A stretch of DNA of 64,000 bases from assembly GCA_965153355.1 (NCBI GenBank), contig OZ231126.1, positions 27,466,001 to 27,530,000 of the forward strand. Reading direction: 5' to 3'. Source of the DNA: Flaccisagitta enflata (Eukaryota). The notes beneath the pieces are model-generated. The model did no database searches, had not been told where the DNA came from, and worked only from the letters and a program-made list of their open reading frames with translations. This document shows positions 11,601 through 64,000 of the stretch, piece by piece; the stretch's first letter is position 1; each line of letters starts with the position of its first letter. The position numbers were made by a program, and so were the translations under genes.

Positions 11601-13793
11601 TTTCAATGTCAAGTCACTTGGGCGACCTTCGCCATGGCGGGGGAGGGTCGACTTTGTCTCCTGATTTATGGCGATGATCGCTATGTATTTATTGAAATTC
11701 CTGTTATCAGTTACTTATTTTCAGCGCGGAAGTTCAGCTTATATGGCATGCAATATCGATTTTAATGATGGTGATGATCATGACTAAAAAGAATGCTGAT
11801 GAGTTGACAGAGGTCGTAGCTAATGGCGAATATGAAAGTAATCATGGTGAAAGTGATTCATTGTGTTACGGCGGGGGGTTAATATAAAAAAGCTTAGAGT
11901 GGAAATTGTGGTCATCTAAGAACATGTGGATGAATTGTCTGTCCGCTTTGATATACGTGCAAAGCCCGTGACGGGGGTGTGCGCGGACAGACGTGCTCTG
12001 AAGAAATTTGCAATGCTAGATGCTGTTAACAACAAACAACAAACCAGATTAGCCAATAGTGATGATGTCAACGGAGAATTTCTGCTGAGTACCCAACTTG
12101 TAAACATGCACTACAAAATGCCTTTAGTTGGTCCGATTGAATCTTGGAGAGAAGCTGACAAATAATTTGTCAGAAGGAGAAGAAACCGAGTTAAATGACA
12201 AATTGGCGGACATTGGCAGGGAAGATAATTTAAGGTGACATATTGGAGAAAGATGGTAGGAAAGACAAACGAACTATGGAAGGGCAGTGCGAAAAGGGGA
12301 TTTGGCATGAAGATACTACAATGACAACATTCAAATAATGCATTCTATCATTCAATCACTCAATCACTCTTTTCTCTTTTCTACAGATTACAACTTGGAT
12401 ATCGTTTCTTAAAATAGTGTCCATCGTTTTTCTTATTATCCGCCAAGTCTAGATTCCGTCCACCAACAAACAGTTGTCTAATGACAATTTCCCAGGGTAT
12501 CGCTCGCATCGCCGCGCCTTCGACATTCCACGTGGCCAAGGTTGATTGGGAGATTCCCGTCAAGTCCAAGGATGATCATCTCAAAGCTCTCGTGAGGATT
12601 GATTGGATTTCCACCAAAGCGATAGCCTTCAGGTGAATTTATGTACCTTGCTGCCATCAGCTTGGCACAGATTTGTTGTTTACGTCGGAAAACTCACTTG
12701 ATATATTGTCGCTGATACCATCATCGTTATCTTGTTATCAATATCATCATCGAAATATTATCACTGATACCATCATTGTTATCTTGTCATTAATATCACT
12801 GTCAATGTCACTGATATCATCATCGGTATATTGTCATCGATACCATCATCGTTATCTTGTCATCGATACCATCATCGTTATCTTGTTATCGATATCATCA
12901 TCGATATATTGTCATTGATACCATCATCGTTTTCTTGTCATCGATATCATCATCGGTATATTGTCATTGATACCATCATCGTTATCTTGTTAATGATATC
13001 ATCCTTAGCTTGTCGTTGATTTTTCCCCCTGACTTCGTTTTATCGATGCTTACTATTCTCATAACGCATCAATTCATGATTTCTCAAATTTTTGTCATTA
13101 CCGTGTTCTGTCATATCACCGTTTCCTCGTCATTCGTTGTCGTCGTCGTTTTCTGGTCCATTATGATCGTTGCCACCTTTGGCTTTCATCTCGTTCATTA
13201 TCCTTGCTCTTCCGTCAGTCGGATCGGCGACGTGTTGACTTCTTTAGAACGGAGCGACGAAGGAGTGCCGAATGTCTTAGCCACCGCCACCGACGGCTCA
13301 GAAATAAGCCCGCAAATAGGCAAAGACATCGCCGCCATCGTCCCCACCAACGTAGAAACGGACTTTAGGTATGACCGCTCTTCGAGGTCAAGGATGTTTT
13401 TAGGGCATATTGAATTCTCATAAATTTTGATAAAGCGAAAGTGCGTCTTTATTTCTGATTTGCGTGGTACATGCGCCAGAGTCTTTGTGTCTCATTCGAT
13501 TCTGTTTATCTGTTGACCTACCTCTATTTGTTATTCTGTCTTTCTCTTAGTTAATCTCTGTCCGTTGGTATGTCTGTCCGTGTTCTGGTCCAGGCTATTT
13601 CGATTATTAAAAATTAAATGAAAACGAATTGTTTTGCAGTGCGATTCATCGGAAAGTTCGTAGTTACGACGGACAAGAAGGCGTGGACACGTCAGATCAA
13701 GATCTCTGCAAACCTCCTTCCTACGACGACTACATGAAATATTATTTCCCTGAACTGGCAGTGCCCGTCGTGCGAGGCTCAACAATGTGTTGA
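8639..13793 (+). CDS. Small divergent YTH-domain protein (YTHDC1-like putative m6A reader), 4 coding exons, ~221 aa
   Basis: Exons 8639-8863, 12496-12632, 13219-13368, 13640-13793, all GT-AG and phase-compatible (0,2,2). Protein ARFFVAKATTPGNLKIAKDKSVWSP..NELILNEAF..VILFF..QGIARIA..VDWEIP..VRIDWIS..DGSEISPQIG follows the YTHDC1 YTH motif order. Start codon uncertain: the frame is open upstream, so earlier exons are possible. Confidence 0.8.
9070..9564 (+). repeat. 5' LTR of gag-only element
   Basis: Direct repeat of 11978-12472; starts TGTGCGCGG, ends CAAACA. Confidence 0.92.
10024..11664 (+). CDS. gag: BEL/Pao-type Gag-like protein (DUF1759-like core); first ATG at 10072
   Basis: 546-codon ORF between the LTRs. 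PVKMFDGTSKDIDFQDHLRMFIQAIDLPALTSADKLREIRHWFDGQA resembles the FdG..F..F..ls..eKl..L...G.A signature of BEL/Pao gag. Confidence 0.7.
   Translation: MKRKKKDTNCTRLQLIMDAEYVCGENDSGLGDSVSSLSFQREFESCPPNCSKGWSEASPPRVTDIVHQEILAKFDCLTIATKSDMPSGLKTEKAELRYSSKALDDNTNAVAVSNHESLAPLIDLSDHDGVKSCLKLGDSVHYSEETQRGKTTGKVVTSQPRHVSNVFGTEGEGTAGALACTTAGRPLLGTPTPAFPECSLLDALIIAERRRPVKMFDGTSKDIDFQDHLRMFIQAIDLPALTSADKLREIRHWFDGQAVMQVACFFRIQDTDRAFEGAIERLRERYANFMVTAEEMLGSVMKGETIETNGYDAINGFICQVEDVYVLAQETGRDKDFNRNLIIRQILNRKLPFLKWKWATHVVEKGLNSNEFSHFMEFLRRQERVAREMNDICADLNQEVEVVLRPKSTHINGCGKHGKRNLEKNQSVARHETSQTGQTCVLEVPDTVSTRRKKCQNDIPREYRGSVNLNKPKSVMSMMPGQSRRISTAPKISDVKQLYVIPQKRNKRIDADKGNAWSRQSYCTNNFNVKSLGRPSPWRGRVDFVS
11978..12472 (+). 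repeat. 3' LTR of gag-only element
   Basis: Direct repeat of 9070-9564. Confidence 0.92.
12700..13010. repeat. ~26-bp degenerate minisatellite (ATCATCGTTATCTTGTCATTGATACC-like)
   Basis: About a dozen imperfect tandem units in YTH gene intron 2. Confidence 0.8.
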
Positions 13794-14074
13794 TTGTTTT
13801 TCGACGTCAATCAAAGAGCTCGTTGTCGCTCGTTATTTACTATCCCCCTGATCTACATGCTATGTACGGCCCCGCAACGGGGGGTTGTTTGGGTAACAAA
13901 TAATTTATTTAATTTCTCTCCTCACAACTTTGAGAGGACACATTGATCACTTACTCGATTGGATGGAAGTAAACGTTTATTTTGCGAACTAGTCATTCTA
14001 GCTGGTCATTCTTTCATTCATTAATACGTTCGTTCATTAAGTAAATTCAGAGAAAGACATTTTGTAGCGGAACC

Positions 14075-14760
14075 CGTTTTATGATTCCACATAGGGCAAT
14101 TTCGTTTCTCCGTCTTTTCCGCCCCCCCCCCCCCCCGAGCCATTCCAGGCCTCAAATCAGCTTTTCCAGACCTCAAATTAGCCTTCTCAGGCCTAAAATC
14201 AGCCCTCTCAGGCATCAAATCAGCCCTCTCGGGCCTCAAATCAGCCTAATCAGACTTGAAATTAGCCCTTTCAGGCCTCAAATCAGTTCTTCCAGACAGG
14301 TCTCTGCATTCAGCCCTCAGGCCTCAAATCAGCTCTTCTAGACTTTCAGTCCGCCTTCTCAGGCCTGAAATCAGCCCTTTCAGACCACAAATCAGCTCTT
14401 CCAGACTACAAATCAGCCTTCTCAGGCCTGAAATTAGCTCATCCAGGACTCTAATTAGCCCTCCAAAGCCTAAAAGCTGCCTCTTGGGTCTCCATTCAGC
14501 CCTCGCAGGTCTCAAATCAGCCTTCTCAGGCTTGAAATCAGCTTATTAAGGCCTCAAATTAGCCCACCTAGGCCTGAAATAAGCCCTTGCAGACCTGAAT
14601 CAAGACTGTCAGGACTCAAATCAACCCTATGTGGAATCATAGGTCAGTGGCCCCTCTGGGGCCGCTGCCCCATTACCTCAACATCACAATGATAAATAAC
14701 ATCATTACATCAATGGAGCATCGGGAACCGCTGTCCACATGACGCTAGAGCGACTTGTTC
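14075..14760 (+). mobile_element. HINE/MITE-like element of the 21-bp-unit family
   Basis: Inverted repeat ATGATTCCACATAGGG (14081) / CCCTATGTGGAATCAT (14625-14640) flanking TCAGGCCTCAAATCAGCC units; GGGGCCGCTGCCC motif. Confidence 0.65.
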
Positions 14761-15550
14761 CTTTTTCATCTCGATGAAAACATTCATGCCTTCTGCGCCT
14801 CAACTTTGCCATTTCAACGCACAATTTGCTTTAGCAATTATGTAGATGCTTGCCTCACTCAGGGTAGTCAGTTAGCCTTACCTTTTGTTCTCAACATGAG
14901 GTGCCCATGGCAATGAAAACTACAGAGGGATGAACTCAAACTAGTTTCCGATCGAAGAGGTTCATTGCGCAGTTATTACAGAACCATGATTGACGTTCCA
15001 AGGCCACGCGAGAAGACTCAATCCTAAACTTACTTCGTCGTTTATGGTGAGTATAAATTGTAAACATGCTATGCTATACCATACTACTTCTACTTCGTCT
15101 ATACTACTCGAGCTAACTTTGTAATGAACTATCTGCCTTCAATGAACGTCATTGTCCGTTCTTGAAAAGTAGAACAAACAATATCCTTGAACCTTCACAT
15201 AAATTTTTATAGGTCTCAAAGTTCGTCTCATTCGCGATTTTAAAACGGAGCTCGTTTATATCGTTGTTTTTTTTTTCTTTTTTGCCCCCTTCTCTTTTCT
15301 CTTCTAAGCAGATTAAGCCGCTGGCGAGCAACGAAACTAGGAAGAGCGAGAAAGAAAACCAAAAGAAGAGAGAAGTTCGTTTCGTAACTGCCTCATCCTT
15401 TTCCTGCACGCGGCTCGGGCTTCGATTCGGCCTAGACTCTTAGGTTCATCATCACCTTATCTCAACGAAATTCTAAACACTCGCCGCTTTTCCATTCTTG
15501 GAGTCGATTTCTTTTGTGTGTACGGGGCGAACCCGGTCTAACTTTTCAAG

Positions 15551-25793
<10,243 letters not shown>

Positions 25794-27091
25794 TGGGAGG
25801 TGCTCGGGTTGTATATCGCTCAGATCTTTATAACTCCAAGATCGATGACTTTGAACAATTTAAAGACGGACCAAAGATTGTCATGATCGTGATCTTTTTG
25901 ACGGTGATGAGAAGCGGCATTGTACATCAAAGTAAAATTGCGAGCGCCTTCGCCGTAATTCTCCGTAGTTATCTGTTTAAGGGGAAGACGACGGATGGCG
26001 TCGCACTTGCATGAATTTCTCATGACGAATTATGTGCTAATTGCTAATCATGTTTTTAAAATTTTGAATTATGTCCTCTAGTCTTTGTCTCAGCATCATG
26101 CGTTGATGCTCATAAATCCATATGAGTCACCTCGATTTGCGTGAAAACGGTTTTATGAATTTACAAATTGGTTTTAACTTGCAAAAACCATTTCAAAAGT
26201 GGAAATGTCGGCAAAGAAGGCAGGAGATAGATAGTTAGCGATGTCTTAGAGCTACTGACGTTGCCGCCGAAAATTTGCTAACTGGCTCAGCCTGAGGTCT
26301 TGTTGAGGCTTGCTGTATTCTTCGATGACAAAGCTGACACTTAATTTCATGACAAAGTGCTAATAACCCAGATTTCCACCATGTGCATGGTGAGGTTGTC
26401 TGCTTTGACTGTTCGCTGAAGCACGTAGTAGTATTACAAAGACTATGAAGCTAATAGTATTACAAACACTAAGAAACTTAATTGTAAAAGAAATATCGGC
26501 GAGATTTAGTTTTGGGACAAGATGATTTTACTTCCGTAATTGATTTGAACAATAGTTGCACAAAAATGGGTCCTCATATATATAGTGTAAATAATACAAC
26601 AAAAGAAAACAAAGCGGATAGTTTTTACGCGCGAGAGAATTTACATTAAAAAACTATGAACAAGAATAAAAAATGGAATTATCTATCACCAAGACGTCCG
26701 AAAGTTGGGGAAGGCGCATGAATGGGTTGGACAAAAACTATGTGGGATCGGGATAAGCGCTTGTCTCTTATCTCATACTACCACCCTTCATGCCCTTCCC
26801 CAGTCTAGCTTCAACAAAACGTTAACTCATCCCCGTAAGCAAAATCGCATGTAACTTCTCGGTTCAATAAGATGAACGTCCTCATCCTTATACTCTCCCT
26901 CGGCGATAAGCAAGCAGTTCTGAAGTGAAGCTCTTTTATATGTACATTTGCGGTTGGACTAGAGTTTGTGACGTTTTAATATTTGCGTCCAGTTTTTATT
27001 AAAGCACATCTTCGATGGATGATCGAAGGAGAGACACGTTCATGAAGACCAGTAAATATGCGCCAGTAGCACCACCAGGAGGGAGTGCCTC

Positions 27092-50462
<23,371 letters not shown>

Positions 50463-51186
50463 TTTTGTGCTGAATTAAAGTCGATTACAAGCCGCGAAAT
50501 AAATCTATCGGCATTTTGAAGTTACATAATAGTTTTTCGTTTGTTGGGTATCACAGCTATTTTACCCATGATTGTAGATCTAATTAGAGATTTCAAAATA
50601 TCATTTCAAGTTTCGATTTCCTAAAAAGGCCTGTAGTTTAATTAGAACTTCTGGTTTGTTTAAAAACTGAGTTGCAACATATCAGACATGTGCGTGTTTG
50701 CTCAGATTAAAATTGAAGCTATATATACTTAAAACACTTATAACTTATAATGTATGCTATAGTTAATACTATATACTATAATATATACTTATAACTTATC
50801 TTATAATAATTTTGATATCGTTGTTGTTGTTGAGTCATGACATATGAGAACAGTTGCCAAGATTTAGATACTAACCTTTTTTTGAAAAATCAAGAATCAC
50901 AGCAGTTTGGTCACGCCCCGATATCGATGTTACTTTGCTGTTACTTTGATGATTTTACTGCCGTGATGTTATGAACGCTTTTCTCGTTGTTCTGGAAAGA
51001 AAACTGTGACGAAGTCAATCAAGCTTTGTTTTCCTAGGTGTGTTCTGTGCCAATAAACATTGGGTTGAATCTGCTTTTTTGACTCTCTCATTGGTTGGAT
51101 ATTTCCTGTAGAGGGACCAATGATATCCTTTGTTACTCTTTGTGTCTTTTCTCGACGTCATCTGATCATCTGAAGTCATTTCCAAG
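50463..51186. promoter_or_regulatory. Probable bidirectional promoter/5' UTRs between CHMP4 and RanBP9/10
   Basis: Divergent start codons 724 bp apart with no obvious repeats between them. Confidence 0.5.
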
Positions 51187-62523
<11,337 letters not shown>

Positions 62524-63024
62524 GTAAGCTGACGTGGATAATTGGTCCCCCTCTCGAGTATTTGTTTTCAGTCGTCGGCTAACGACTTCATGAAAGGCTT
62601 GTTCATCAGTCCGTTGGTTCGTCACGGTAGTGTGTTATAGTGTGTGCGTGTGCAGGGGGTGTGGTGTGTGTGCATGGTTGTGTGTGAGTACATGGTTGTG
62701 CAGGGGTGTATAAAGTTGAGTGGTATTTGATGTAATTCCCCCCTGCATTTGATTTTCTTCTCCACGATGCGTCGGGTCGCATTACAAAATCATTGATTTT
62801 TTTACCCTCAAAGCTATAAAACAGTATATTTTAGGTTTCAGTAGTGTAAAATTGTGTTGTAGTAATTATATTTTACCTTTTGGTACTGCCAAAAGTGTTA
62901 GATCTTCAAAAATTTTCTTTTTTCTTTTTTTTAAGCTTTTGATTTTCTTCCCCATCTCCAGACCATTTGATTTTATTCCCCCCCCACGGGGGGGGGGGGG
63001 AAATACTCAACATTATACACGCCT

Positions 63025-64000
63025 GTGGTTGTGTTTGAGTGTGGTCTGTGTTTGAGTGTGGTCTGTGTTTGAGTGTGGTCTGTGTTTGAGTGTGGTCTGT
63101 GTTTGAGTGTGGTGTGTGTTTGAGTGTGGTGTGTGTTTGAGTGTGGTCTGTGTTTGAGTGTGGTCTGTGTTTGAGTGTGGTCTGTGTTTGAGTGTGGTCT
63201 GTGTTTGAGTGTGGTCTGTGTTTGAGTGTGGTGTGTGTTTGAGTGTGGTGTGTGTTTGAGTGTGGTGTGTGTTTGAGTGTGGTGTGTGTTTGAGTGTGGT
63301 GTGTGTTTGAGTGTGGTGTGTGTTTGAGTGTGGTGTGTGTTTGAGTGTGGTGTGTGTTTGAGTGTGGTGTGTGTTTGAGTGTGGTGTGTGTTTGAGTGTG
63401 GTGTGTGTTTGAGTGTGGTGTGTGTTTGAGTGTGGTGTGTGTTTGAGTGTGGTGTGTGTTTGAGGGTGGTGTGTGTTTGAGGGTGGTGTGTGTGTGAGTG
63501 TGGTGGGTGTGAGTGTGGTGTGTGTGAGTGTGGTGTGTGTTTGAGTGTGTGTGTGTTTGAGTGTGTGTGTGTGAGTGTGGTGTGTGAGTGTGGTGTTGTG
63601 AGTGTGGTGTGTGTTGGAGTGTGGTGTGAGTGTGGTGTTGTGAGTGTGGTGTGTGTGAGTGTGGTGTGGTGAGTGTGTGAGTGTGTGGGTGTGAGTGTGG
63701 TGGGTGTGAGTGTGGTGGGTGTGAGTGTGGTGGGTGTGAGTGTGGTGGGTGTGAGTGTGGTGGGTGTGAGTGTGGTGGGTGTGAGTGTGGTGGGTGTGAG
63801 TGTGGTGGGTGTGAGTGTGGGTGTGGTGAGTGTGGGTGTGGTGTGTGTGCATGGTTGTGTTTGGGTGTGGTGTGTGCATGGTTGTGTGTGGATGGTTGTG
63901 TGTGGGTGTGGTGTGTGTGCATGGCTGTGTGTGGGTGTGGTGTGTGTGCGTGGTCGTGTGTGGGTGTGGTGTGTGTGCATGGTTGGGTGTGGTGTGTGTG
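63025..64000. repeat. GT-rich 17-bp and 15-bp minisatellites (GTGTTTGAGTGTGGTGT; GTGAGTGTGGTGGGT)
   Basis: Tandem array running to the window end; source of the H/T-rich ORFs. Confidence 0.95.

Larger units (their letters stand above)
9070..12472 (+). mobile_element. Gag-only (non-autonomous) BEL/Pao-like LTR retrotransposon in YTH gene intron 1
   Basis: 495-bp TG..CA LTRs at 9070-9564 and 11978-12472 (two substitutions noticed), 5-bp TSD GTTGT (9065-9069, 12473-12477), G-run before the 3' LTR, single internal ORF, no pol. Confidence 0.9.

Noticed and set aside
62906-63980. His/Thr-rich ORFs
   Set aside because: GT-rich minisatellite translations.

Overview
Repeat-rich, intron-containing eukaryotic (invertebrate-animal-like) DNA. 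Host genes assembled from GT-AG exons: a small divergent YTH-domain (YTHDC1-like) gene (+, ~8639-13793), a complete 11-exon serine hydroxymethyltransferase with a mitochondrial-type leader (+, 15551-25793), CHMP4/Snf7/Shrub (-, 27092-50462), and the first five exons of RanBP9/10 (+, 51187 to past the window end), head-to-head with CHMP4. The 22-kb first intron of CHMP4 holds two antisense tandem J-domain/coiled-coil genes and a young ~16.5-kb Ty3/Gypsy LTR retrotransposon (28252-44741). That element has an unusual design: a stand-alone 97-aa ORF0 encoding a probably inactive copy of its own RNase H, then gag, -1 frameshifted pol, and in the env position a large ORF3 with an intact DEDDy (WRN/Mut-7/RNase D-like) 3'-5' exonuclease and what looks like a second, dead exonuclease domain. 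Other mobile DNA: a young gag-only BEL/Pao-like LTR element in the YTH gene, a Transib-like element (CACAGTG ends, 5-bp TSD) whose left end is repeated 13 times in tandem, three nested MITEs, many Helentron/DINE-like (HINE) elements, mini- and microsatellites, and a decayed intronless ORF with a MYND-like C6H2 finger. All homology calls are by-eye motif recognition; no searches were run.
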